A stretch of 64,000 nt of DNA from Octopus vulgaris (lineage: Eukaryota). The first letter of the stretch is position 1. Each line of letters opens with the position of its first letter. The stretch is from positions 868,001-932,000 of the forward strand of contig OX597831.1 in assembly GCA_951406725.2 (NCBI GenBank), given 5' to 3'. A program made the translations under genes and the position numbers. Under the pieces are notes generated by a model, which was not told the DNA's origin, ran no database searches, and saw only the letters and a list, made by a program, of their open reading frames with translations. Positions 39,853 to 52,285 of this stretch are shown one piece after another.

Positions 39853-40779
39853 CATACATACATATATAAACATATATATATATATAAATAGATGAGTGTA
39901 TTTTTGCCTTGTTAACAATTAACACGGAAAAAATAGATAAATAGATACCAGGGTATCGAGATTGAGAGAATCAGCCATTCTAAATTAAATTGTTCATTGT
40001 GGTCTTTTAGATCAGGGAGTAAGATATTGAAAAACATCAATATATGTCAGAGTGACAAAGAAATGAGGAAGGTACTAGATAGTCGTGGGATGTGCCAGAA
40101 ACAACAGCTAAATTTCCCTTAAATTACACACCTTTTCATCTGAAAATATTTTCAAATTTTTTTTTTTTTATCAAAAGGCTTCTCCCATCATTTTTAAGTG
40201 CAAAAGAATTGGTTAAAATTGGTGAAGGGGAGGATGTGTATGGAAAAAGTCAGAAACTTTCTGAAATCTTTTCCTCATAAAAAGCCTTCCCTGATTGTTT
40301 CCAAGGCAGTGGTGAAAAAAATTTGAAAAATCCCAGTCAAAATGGGGAAAATCCAACTTATGTGGGCATCCTGATCTGAAACCTTGCCATTTATAGCCAT
40401 TTTTAATAGTCCATTAAGATGGTATCAAGTTCCATAATTTCGGGATTTATTTAGTCATCTACCTACTTACAAAATGTGCCAAAACTCAAGTCCCTGATGC
40501 TTGTAGCTTTGGATTTAGCTATGTCTGAAAACACCAAGAAATCGACTGCTTGTTACATGCACCAAAATAGGCATTACAAAACTATTTTTTAAAAATTGCC
40601 AAAAAGAAAGGTTTCATTTTCATATATATATATGTATATGTTTGTGTGTGTGTGTATGTATATATATATAATAGACACATACACAAACACACATATATAC
40701 AGACACAAATATATGGCAGTGTATGGGGTTAGATGTATACATGCATATATATATATATATGTGTGTGTGTGTGTATATA

Positions 40780-41667
40780 CAGGGTGCAGTGAATATATTG
40801 TTGTCTAAATTACTCAAAACTGAAAATAATGATGACATCTTATTTTAACAGATATATTTACCAATATTACTTAAAAATATCTTGAAATACTAAAGAGTAA
40901 ATTTATTCAATAAAATCGCCTTTGGCTTCAACCATGGCCTCCAGACGGCTTCAGAATCTCCTGCAACTCTTCTGGATAGTCTCCTTGTTTAAATTAGTGA
41001 ATGCTGCTATGATCCTTGCCTTCAGTACATCTTTGGTGTGTTACAAGGAGTTTTGTTGATCTCTTGCTCAACTGCACCCCACACATAACAATCAAGGAGG
41101 TTGCAATCTGGGGAGTTAGGTGGTCAGATGTGAGTGGTGATGTGGTTGCAGAAATTGTCTGACAGCCATGATTAGGTTCTCCTGCTTGTGTGGTATGGTG
41201 CAGAGTCCTGTTGCCAGACATAGGGTTTTCCAGCAGCCACCCTCTTGACTCAGGGCAGCAGTACCTCCTCCAGGCACTTAATGTAAGCTTCCATGTTGAG
41301 TCTGAGGTCGTGTGGGAAAATGAATGGAGGCATAATGTTGCCATCACTAGTGATCACTCCAGACACCATGATGTTGACTGGATGTTTGATTTTTATCAGT
41401 CTTGATACATGTCCTCAGATGGCACTGTTCCCAGATTGACATGCAAACACTTTGAAATGTTCATATTAGAGTTGCCAGTGTGAATGCCAAGCAGTACAGC
41501 ATGTCATTTCCAAATTTCTGGCAGAATGAATTGCATCATGGCGCTGTTTTTCTCACAGACTGTGCCCAGTTGACCCTACTATACTGTGTAGTCACCAAAA
41601 TCAAAAACAAACAATGCACATGCACGAAATTAAAAATATAAAATATCAACAATTTACCCATTGCACC

Positions 41668-41670
<3 letters not shown>
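40780..41670 (-). mobile_element. Tc1/mariner-superfamily DNA transposon, internally deleted, transposase pseudogene
   Basis: TIRs CAGGGTGCA...attgttg at both ends with TA flanks. Minus-strand remnants of the (W)PPNSPDCN.LD..VWGAVE motif and the C-terminal SRLEAMVEAKGDFIE*. Confidence 0.88.
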
Positions 41671-41748
<78 letters not shown>

Positions 41749-42756
41749 CTCATGTCAATCAACACCTCGTCAGTTTATCTGGTAGATGGAAACTAAAAGA
41801 AGCCTGTCATGTGTGCATGTGTGTTTTGTGTGTGTTTTGTGTGTGTGTACTGTGTGTGTATGTGTGTGTGTATGCACCTGTCTTGACATCATGTAATGGT
41901 TGTAAGTGAGCCTCACCATCACACAACCAACGTTGTTTGTTTCCAGTTTGCCATGAACAACATGTCAGACCATAAATAAATTCCATCTGACTCATGCAGA
42001 CATGGAAAAGTAGATGTTATGATGATAGTGATGACAATACTGATGCTGATAATGATGATGATGATATATAAATATATATATCTGAAACTGTATTTAATTT
42101 TGCAGGAATATAACGTACGTACACATATCAGTATCAACATGATTTTAATGTCCACCTGCACAAGTCAGATGGAATTCATTGCAGTTAGTTTTCCATTGCT
42201 GGAAGCCTTTCTTGTTGCCAACTCTCACCTGTTTCCAAGCAAGGTAGCATTTCCAAATGGCTGGACATGATTTCAAGAAAGAAAAACCGAAAATGAACGA
42301 CATAACTTATTTCACAGAAACACTCGTAATCCAACTACCACATGATGTAAAGACAAGGAGACACAAACACACACACACATACATTTACACACACACACAT
42401 ATATATACATATATATATCATTCTTTTATTCTTTTACTGGCGTCAATCATTAGACTGTGGCCATGCTGGGGCACTACCTTGAAGTGATTAATTGAACAAA
42501 TCAACCTGAAAACTATCTTTTAAAGCCTGGTGCTTATTCTAGCAGTCTCTTTTTGCAGAACCACAATATGCATATATACATATGTGTAAACATACATATA
42601 CAAATATACATATACACACATGAATACCTATCTGTCTGTCTCTCTGTCTATCTATCTACCTATCTATCTACATTATGTATATATATATGCACACACACAC
42701 ACATATACATGTATATATACATATATAAATATTTATTATGTCTTTCTCTCTCTGTG

Positions 42757-42806
<50 letters not shown>

Positions 42807-43128
42807 TCACTTCAGAATACACCGATATATTTCACTTTAAAAACAGCTTTAAGGAGGGAGTCATAGAAATATGTTGAAACTACTACAACTACTGCTACTA
42901 CTACTACTGCTGCTGCTACTACTACTACTGCTACTACTACTACTACCACAACCACCACAACCACCACAACCACCACCACTACTGCTGCTGCAATATTCAA
43001 ATGCCTATAAAATACTGCACACATACAAACACATACACATAGAAACATACATAAGCACATACATGCACACAAACAGATTAATATGCACAAGCAGACATAC
43101 ATACACAGACAAAATCAGATATAGTTTG

Positions 43129-43162
<34 letters not shown>

Positions 43163-43840
43163 CTAGTATAACCATAGGTTTTTTTGGAAGATTTCCATTG
43201 AAGACATTTCTTAAAGAGAAGAGAGAAGATTAATATGAAAGAGAGTGCAATGATGGCTCAGTCAAAAGTGATGTGAATGCCATACTGATGGAAATGTATT
43301 TTGGTTGCGGCTTCAACAATGCTGTCACTTCACACAGGAAGAAGAATTGTGCTGGAAATAGTTCTTTTGATTGCAACTGTTTGTTCAAAGAGGCTGCGGA
43401 AAATGGAGTTATTTTCGTGGTTTTTAGGTGAAGCTTTTAAGATTTTTGGATTGGTGAAATTTGGCACAAAATGACACTAGTTCTTAAATACTGTTCTGCT
43501 ATTAGCTAGATGTTTATCTGGAAACGTTGACTGGATTGCTTGCCAATGCCAAGGCAGACAGAGCCTGGAGATGTTGATTGGATATTTTCAGCATGTAGAG
43601 TTGGTGGGATAAACAGACGCAGATTGTGGATGCTTGTCTGAGTAGAGTTAGTGTGCAGATGTTGACAGGATAACAGGCATATGCAGATGTTGATAGAGAC
43701 AGTGAGACACTGTCTACGTAGGTTGTGTAGGTAAAGATAGTGTAGTTTTGTAGATGGGATAAACATGGTCTCTATGTGTTGTCTGGGTTGAGATAGTGCT
43801 TGTATGCATATATGTGTGCATATGTGTGTGTGTGTGTGTA

Positions 43841-43909
<69 letters not shown>

Positions 43910-43929
43910 GCGTATATATATATATATTT

Positions 43930-44200
43930 CGTATTGGAAGTCACTTGACCCTGTTATCTCCCCCACTCTCCCTCACGCGTCTGACCACTATTCGAAGTCA
44001 GGACGCCATGATAGATCGTTAGCCCCTACACGCATTTTTTTCTCTCCTTGTTTTTTTCTGTGTATCTTTCTGTCAAAGAGCGTAGGCTCGAAACGTAAAA
44101 GACTTTTTCTATTTCTATTCCTGAGCGCTATACTAATACATTTGTTTGTTTGTACTCCACCTGCCTTCGTCTTTTGTTTATTTTCGTAAACTTTCCCTTT
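43930..44200 (+). mobile_element. Second copy of the hammerhead-variant Penelope-like remnant, in (TA)n
   Basis: High identity to 38496-38712; motif at 44065-44102. Confidence 0.6.
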
Positions 44201-46017
44201 ATATATATATATATATATATATAAAGGGAAAGTTTACGAAAATATAGATATATATATATAATTACCTGTAACTTCAAATAGTCAGTGAAGTGTTCTTTGA
44301 GGATCCGTTGTGGTTGAGCTTCTATATGGATCTGGAACATCTATTGCGGGGCTCCAAACAACCATAATGGCAAAATATGCACAGGAAGTTTGTGGATATC
44401 TTTATTTTACCTGTGTGTGTGTGTGTGCGTGCGTGTGTGTGTGTGTAGATGTTGACAAGATAAATAGTATATAAGTGTTGGCAGACGGTTAGACACAGTC
44501 TGAATAAGTTACCTGGATAGAGAGAATGTGTGTGTGTTGGTTAGGTAGGAACAGTGTGTAGATATTGACAGAACAGATAGACACACAGTGAGTAAATGTT
44601 ATTTAGACAAATAGCTCAATGAATGTTAGTTCATTCATTAGCCAGACAGAGTCTGTTAATGTTGACTGGATAGGTAAATACGATGTGTAGCTAGAAAGAT
44701 GTACAGAAGTTGACTAGGGAGATATACATTGTGATTTGATGTTGCCACGATAGATACACAAACTGTGCAGATAAAAATCACACAACGCACCATGGAGAAA
44801 ATAAATTACAAAGTTCTGTATAAGAATTTACATTTTGCCTAAGGTTCAAATAATTTTCTTATTATAACTAAAGCCGAATGAAAATCATGTTTCTTTGATT
44901 ATCAGGCTTCTCTTTAGTGAAGGTAACTCTAAAATGATTGCATTGTACTCTGTCTTCTAAAACTGAGAAGTTATAATACAATTGATTGAGAATCAGCCTG
45001 TGAATATTACTGATTTATAGTTTATCAACCCTGGTGTGAGATGAGCTGCATGATTCTTGACCTGCTGAAAATAGCAGTCAAGCCTACCTCAGATCACAAT
45101 AAACAATTTTATAATAAATAGAAATGGATACATTTGATAATGACATCCTGTACAGCCTTAATAGCAGGCAGGTTGTTCATGGCTGGAATGCCTTCAGTCA
45201 TATACATGTCTGGTCAATCAGGGTTGACCTGGGCTAAAAAGCAGCAACCACAACTCAAAATAAGAAAAGTGAATATAAGCTGCAGTTAGATGAGGTACCA
45301 AATGAAGATCTCACTTAGTCTACACTACATGTCTCACAACCGTATGTATTATGATGAGATTCTGCATGTGGTTCTTAATGAATATGAAATTAAACCTTAT
45401 AAGATAACAAGGTGATAACTAAGTTTTTAAAAAATGGATAGAGAAAAGAAGTGTTTTATATGAGTGAGTACAGAGGATAAATTTTAAAACCAAAATGAAA
45501 ATCTTCTCCACTTACCCCTGATTAAATATAGATATGCAACCTTAATTTCCTTTTAATTTATATTTTCTTTTTGTTTATAATAGGCCTATAACCTATTTTC
45601 CTTTATTCTAATTTTATAGTAATTGGGAGCATTTTACTTTAAATAAAACATTATAGAAATTATAGTTTTTTAATTTTGTGCAGGCCAGGCGTAAAGTATA
45701 AGGATGTTCTGTTTACACTGTACACAGAAGTTCTTTTGGTGAAAGTGTAAAACAAAGCAATGTTCTGGTTGCAGTATATATATATAGCCTATAAAACTGT
45801 TCAAGCTACGGTATATAACATAAAAATCTTCTAGCAATAGAATATAAAACATTGTTTTGGCAACAGTATACAATAAAACAACATTTTGGCAACATTTTAG
45901 AATCACACCATCAATGAACATTCTGTTGTTATTCTTAAACTTGCTTTAAATTATAACTTTATTTTAACACACACACACACACACACACACAAACATACAT
46001 GTATACGTGTATAGATG

Positions 46018-46455
46018 TGTGTGTGTGGCAGAGTGGTTAGGAAGTTTACTTCCTCATCATGTGGGCTTCAGTTCAATCTCACCTCACTGTGTGGTACCTT
46101 GGGCAAGTGTCTGCTATTATAGACCCAGGCCAACTAAGCGAGTGGATTTGATAGATGGAAACTGAAAAAAAGTCTGTTGTGTGTGAGTGTGTGTGTGTGT
46201 GTGTGCGCACTGCATGTGACCTTATCTTGACATCATGTGATGATTGTAAAAGAGCATTAACCTTATTATACAAGGGATGTTATTCATTTCTAGTCTTCAG
46301 TGAAAAACATGCCTGGTTATGGGGAAATATTACCTTACCTATAAAAAGATAAGGGTTGGTGATAGGAAGGGAATTCAGCCATAAAATATCTGCTTCAAAA
46401 AATTCCGTGTAACGCATGTGAGCATGGAAAAGTAGATGTTAAAATGATGATGAAG
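46018..46455 (+). mobile_element. SINE with family-A head and family-D-like tail
   Basis: Head gtgtggcagagtggttaggaag...ccttgggcaagtgtc; tail gcatggaaaagtagatgttaaaatgatg. Confidence 0.65.
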
Positions 46456-46876
46456 ATGATGATGATGATGATGATTTGTTTCAAATTTTGGTACAAAGCC
46501 AGCAATTTTTTTTTAGAGGGAGGGGATTTAGTTGATTACATTGACCCCAGTACTTGACTGATACTTTATTTTATTGACCCCCAAAAGAGTGAAAGGCAAA
46601 GTTGACCTTAATGGGATTTGAATGCAGAATGTGAAAAGCTAGAATGAATGTTGCGAGGCAATTTTTCTGAAGCTCCAGTGACTCTGTCAAATTCACTGCC
46701 CTCAACAATGATAGTTGTTTCTCAGGAATGAAATCACAAAGAATGAAATTTGTGGGAGGAATTAGCAATTAAATTGACCCCCAGAAGGATGAAAGGTAAA
46801 GTTAACATTAGCAGGAGTTGAACTCTGAAAGAAAAAGAGTTGGAACAAATGTTGCAAGGCATTTTGTTTGAAGCTC

Positions 46877-47155
46877 TGTCATATCACAATACTACACAGT
46901 GGCTGTGTGTGCCACGAAATCCTCGACACCACTGTTATATCGCAATACTACACAGTGACTGTGTGTGATACAAAATCCTCGTTGCCACTGTTATATCGCA
47001 AAACTACACAGTGGCTGTGTGAGCGTCTCATCCTCGTCGCCACTGTTATATCACATATTCCGATGACTTCTACTCAACTCCCGACGTCTAGACTTCTCGC
47101 TCTATATGTACGTATTGAGCTAGCTACTCCATCGTCTGGGGGCGTCCACACAACA
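46877..47155 (-). mobile_element. Small LTR-retrotransposon-derived element (TG..CA, 5-bp TSD) with three tandem PBS-containing units
   Basis: TSD AGCTC at 46872-46876 and 47156-47160; ends TGT...ACA. CATCCTCGTCGCCA at 47029-47042 matches the tRNA-Ser(GCU) 3' end as I recall it; variants at 46975-46987 and 46919-46931. Inserted into a SINE B. Confidence 0.75.
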
Positions 47156-47219
47156 AGCTCTGATGATTCTGTCACTTCATTGTTCTATAACACCTATCAT
47201 TATAATAACAACATCTAAG

Positions 47220-47405
47220 AGTGGAAAGCTGGCAGAATTGTTTGCATTCCAGACAAAATGCTTATTGGCATTTCTTCTGGACTTATGTTCTGAGTTCAAA
47301 TTCCACTGAGCTTGACTTTGCCTTTCATTCTTTTGGGGCCGATGAAACTGACAAGTGCCTTCCCCCAAAGTTTCAGGCCTTGTGCTCATAGTTAAAAAGG
47401 ATTAT
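47220..47405 (+). mobile_element. SINE family B, diverged
   Basis: agctggcagaa...gttctgagttcaaattcc...gactttgcctttcat. Confidence 0.75.
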
Positions 47406-47478
47406 AATAACAATATCATGCCAATCCCCCATCTATAAATAAGATACAAGGACAAAAATAAAACAAAGTGTTACTTAC

Positions 47479-47680
47479 CATTGATCTCTGGTTTGATATC
47501 GGTAACAGTGTGTGTGGTGGTGTTTTCTCCTACGGAGGGTACCGACGTGAACAGCTGATCAGGCAGACCTCCAATGCCACTGTTATTGGCCACAGACACA
47601 TTTGAAACTGTGGGCATGGTGAACACAGATGACACCGTTGCCAACGGCGACTGGGTACTCGTCGCTGATAACATAACATC
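47479..47680 (-). CDS. Coding exon (202 nt) of a minus-strand gene, S/T-rich low-complexity region of a probable transcription factor (tentatively POU class VI, POU6F/pdm3-like)
   Basis: Minus strand: polypyrimidine tract ttttttcttgtttttccag|GAT acceptor and AAT G|gtaagt donor. Open frame DVMLSATSTQSPLATVSSVFTMPTVSNVSVANNSGIGGLPDQLFTSVPSVGENTTTHTVTDIKPEIN(G), more GC-rich than flanks. Ends in phase 1, matching the next exon. Family assignment is from recalled similarity only. Confidence 0.85.
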
Positions 47681-48326
47681 CTGGAAAAACAAGAAAAAAA
47701 AAAATTATCATAAATCATTATGAATTTTAGAATAAACAACATCATTAATAAAAAACCAGGGCATTATGAACATAAGCAACAATAATGAGTTGATAAAAAC
47801 CTCTATATGGCTGATTGCCTTGCTAGAGATAGCAAGGCAAACCTCCCTTGGATTTCACTCAAAGTCTTAAAAATAGAAGGGCACATTGGATTATGTCATG
47901 GTTGGAAGAACTTTAATCATAAATCTGGTTTGGGAACGGGACTAAACAATGACAATAGCATCATGAGTCCAACTACATGATACCACATGGTGACACATTT
48001 ATGAAGTCTCAGGAGACAGTGCCCATGAATGAAGAAAAAAAAAAAAGCAATATTGCAAAAGGAGCTAGCAAGAGTCAGAATTTCTGATCTTCAAAGAACT
48101 CAAATGTGTTATAAGGATCCTAGGAACCATCTCACCCAATTTGCCAGACATTCAGTGTAACCCAACATGAAAATATTTACTTTGACTTTTTTTGTTCTGG
48201 GAGTTGTGACGGTTGATCTAATCAAATTCCTCCACTAACAATGCTGGATGATGGCAGCATAGTCTCAGGAGGGACATCTTGAAGTTAATAAGAAGAAAAC
48301 AATAGTAAGGAGACATCAGTAGTAGC

Positions 48327-48370
<44 letters not shown>

Positions 48371-49068
48371 AAGCAGCAGCAGCAGCAGTAGTAGTAGTAG
48401 AAGCAGCAGCAGCAGTGGTGGTGGTGGTGGTAGCAGCAGCAGTAGCAGCAACAGCAGAAGCAGCAGCAGTAGCAGTAGTAGTAGTAGTAGTAGGAGTGAG
48501 AAATAGGAGGAGAGAACATATATCTCTGTGCTGGCTGCAAACAAAACCAGTGTCATATGTTTGTATTAAAGTGATGATGATGATGATATATGTATATATA
48601 TATCATTGCCAACATTATTTAACACCCATAATTCCATTGCTTGTGAGAGTTGGACAAAATTCATCTGGGTAGATTTTCTACAGTTGGATGCTCTTCCTGT
48701 TGCTTACCATCTCCTGTTTCCAAGCATGGTGATATTTTCCCTTTTTTCTTCAAACATGAAACAGTTCAAAGACCAGACGTATTTCCAGGGAAAGTTGCAA
48801 ACAAACGATACTACTTGTATGACAGTGACGGGTGCTTACAGTTAGCACATAATGTCTAGACACACACACACACACACACAGATACTAATACATGCACACA
48901 CATTTACATAGTATGTGTAGAATGCATGTAAAGAAAGTGAAACTAAGTACAAGAGATCACAAAAATAGATTAGCAGGTGTAAATATGTACCTAAAGACAT
49001 GCACACAACATTACATATGTGTCTGTATGTGCATGCATGTGTGTGCATGAGTGTGTGTCTGTGTGTGT

Positions 49069-49136
<68 letters not shown>

Positions 49137-50510
49137 CAAGGTTAGCTAAACAAATAAATAGATAAATGAAAGGAAAGTAGGGTTAATGTTCAGATGGTCA
49201 AGTAGATGGAAGTATGAGTGGACAAATGGATGGTAGGTAGGCAGGTAGATATGGAAATAGATAGAGCTATGGAAAGCAGTTCAATCAGTAGGTTATATAT
49301 ATATAACACACACAAAAATCTACTACATAGGTCACGTGTGTGTATGTGTATATATATATAATTATATACATGAATGTATAAATACACACACACACACACA
49401 CACAAGCAGATGGATAGATAAACAAATAACCATATAGAGATACAAAGAAAAAAAGAAAAGAAATTCTAGACAAGTAGATGATAAATGGATAACCAGATTG
49501 AGATAAACAGTGTGACAGACAGTCAATTCAAAGAATAAAGTGGAAGGGAAAAGAAAAGAAAACAAAACAAATCAAGATATCTCCTCCTACTTGGCACCAT
49601 ATTCCCCCTTTTCCCCATCCTCCCAGCAGCAGCAGCAGCAGCAGCACCACCACCACCACCACCACAGTAACAACAACAACAACATTTGTTACACTACCAC
49701 CCCCACAATACCAAATATAACCATTGTGCCACAACTAAGTCAGCCTCTCCATCAATTGATATCAATTTTTGGAAACGGAAAGCATTTCCAAAGAATTTTT
49801 GTTATGGTTTGTTTTTTACATTTCTGTACTTGTTTTTATTTTATTTTTTATGTATTTATTTATTTATTTATTTATTTGTAGTTTATTTCCAGAATATTCT
49901 GAGATAATGGTAAGTAATTACAATGTTCCGCTTGTCACGGAGAAGGTGTGATTGTTATGGAGGTATTGGATGAAGTTTATTTTTCCCAGATTTTAGTGTT
50001 TGTTTGTTTCGACATAAAATCACTTCCAATGTTCTTGTAATTGTTGTTGCGATTGTATAATAGTGGTGGCAAAAGAGAAGAAATCTGACTTGGCTTTTCT
50101 CTCTTTCTCTCTGCATGTACACGCACACACACATGCATACATACACACACACACACATATCTATACATATAAACACACATGTATACATACAAACACACAC
50201 ATACATATAAAACAGACTGATCGATAGACTACTTTTATTAAACTACTATATAGAAGGCTACAATATCTAATAATTTATGTAATTTGAACTAATGAAGGAG
50301 CTTCTATATAGTTCCTAGACCTGCTACAAATAGCAACCAAACCTCTATTAAATCATACCCTATCCTCTTAAATATAGGATACACTGGACAATGTATTCAA
50401 AGTGGATAGTCATGACTAGAACGACTTCCATGATAATCCTGCTTGATCAGGGTTAACCTGGTGCTAAACAATATCTATATATTTAACAATATCTCTCTAT
50501 ATATATATAA

Positions 50511-50745
50511 GGCGGGGAGCTGGCAGAAACGTTAGTATGCCAGGCGAAATGCTTAGCCGTATTTCGTCTGTCGTTACGTTATGAGTTCAAATTCCGCCGA
50601 GGTCGACTTTGCCTTTCATCCTCTCAGAGTCGATAAATAAAGTACCAGTTTCGCACTGGGTCGATGTAATCGACTTAATCCGTTTGTCCGTCCTTGTTTG
50701 TCCCCTCTATGTTTAGCCCCTTGTGGGTAGTAAATAAATAAATAA
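50511..50745 (+). mobile_element. SINE family B, full length, young
   Basis: Complete head, core and gccccttgtggg tail. Confidence 0.9.
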
Positions 50746-51099
50746 ATAAATATCTATATATTTAATACCAGATACACTGCGTAGAAGTGCAGTTTCAATT
50801 CCTTGTTGATCTACTTCACTTAACTTGCTCCTTGTTTTTGGTTTCCTTTACACCTCTCACTTGCAACATCAGCTTACTGTATTTTGGGATATTGTGTGAT
50901 ACCAGAAAAAAACTAAAAAAAAAAACCTTTGTTACTCCCTTGTTGTATGAATGTTTTTTAAAGTTCAACTCCCCTACTGTCATTGCTTACTCTTTCAAAT
51001 ATATGTAGCTCAAAATGTGGACTTATTTTGGCCCGCATACAAAATTGTGGGTGACATGCCAAACCCCTTGTTACTTTCAAATATCAGGTATATGCTTAA

Positions 51100-51276
51100 C
51101 CTTTTTGATTCCAACATACCTGAGACCATCCTCCGATTCTATCATATAAACTTACATTGAAATTCCATGTTCATGTTCCAAACATCAGCTAAATATCGAT
51201 AAAGTTATTTTACTATATTCTAAATCAATTGAAACAAAGGTGGTGTGTTTCAACAGAAACATGGTAACAGGGGGGG
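51100..51276. mobile_element. piggyBac-like MITE (TTAA-flanked)
   Basis: ttaa|cctttttgattcca ... tggtaacaggggggg|ttaa; related ends at 63032-63561. Confidence 0.6.
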
Positions 51277-51951
51277 TTAACTTGTGTTCTGTTCATTTCA
51301 GCACTGGAGTGTCAGTTAATGATATATGAAAGGTGACCTTTTAGAACTCAATTGCAATAACCAGATGGAGCTCTACAAACTGACATCTTTCCATGTCCAC
51401 ATTAATTAGATACAACTACAACCATGGGATGTGGCACTGATATCATACACCAGAGAGTTCTCATTGTTTTTGTTAAGCTTAAGTATATGGCCAATTGTTT
51501 AACAAGAATCAAATAAATTATTACCAGTATATTACTAGTACATTTTACACACACACACACACACAGTGAAACCTTAGTTTACTAATGCCTCTCCTCACAA
51601 ACAAATTGGTTTACAAACTATCTTTCAAACAAAAAACATCTCGGGTAATGAACGGTGTCTTGAGAAATGAATACACAAGCCAACAACACTGGATGAAGAC
51701 AAGTTGGGAATATTAGCAGGAGAGCATCAGTTGGGGTCTAGTTTTTGCTCAGTGCACATTCCTGTTTAAATTCATGCATGCCTTGTCATGAAGTTCATGA
51801 ACATTTCGGGTGATGAAAGGCTTTCAGGAATGAATTGAATTTGTAAATCAGGGCTAAACTCTGTGTGTATGTGTGAGTGTGTGTGTGTGTGTGTGTGTAT
51901 ACATACTGGAGTAAGCATATAAATGTGAAACAAGGTGGAAAAAAGAGTACT

Positions 51952-51999
51952 CAAAACTGTCCGACGAGCGGGAACGTGAAACTCTGAGTAACAGTTTTG
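51952..51999 (+). ncRNA. Minimal type I hammerhead ribozyme motif, near complete
   Basis: Stem I CAAAACTGT/ACAGTTTTG (9 bp); core CCGACGA; stem II GCG-GGAA-CGT; GAAA; stem III ACTC-T-GAGT; cleavage triplet GUA. Confidence 0.75.
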
Positions 52000-52026
52000 G
52001 TATATTTCTGGTGCTTTTAAATAAAG

Positions 52027-52072
<46 letters not shown>

Positions 52073-52285
52073 TAATATGTAAAGGTAAGATCCAAGGATC
52101 AAAGTGTAGGAAGTTAGTAAACATCAAGCAGTCCATAGAAGCTATAAAAACAACTTTCAGGAACAATAGTGGTTTACTGACATAGAAAGTTGTAAATTTT
52201 TGCCATATTGAAGTTCAATAAGCTGAAAAAGGGTTATTTTATGGTTCATGGTTAGCAACTGGGATTGCTGTGTATGTGAATAAAA

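Noticed and set aside
46877-47043. CRISPR-like repeat/spacer appearance
   Set aside because: Eukaryotic context, variable parts only 8-9 nt, no cas genes; better explained as LTR-end/PBS tandem units.
49540-49881. ORF with SSYLAPYSPFSPSSQQQ..HHH, superficially transcription-factor-like
   Set aside because: Plus strand, trinucleotide-repeat driven, no flanking splice sites that fit a coding exon.
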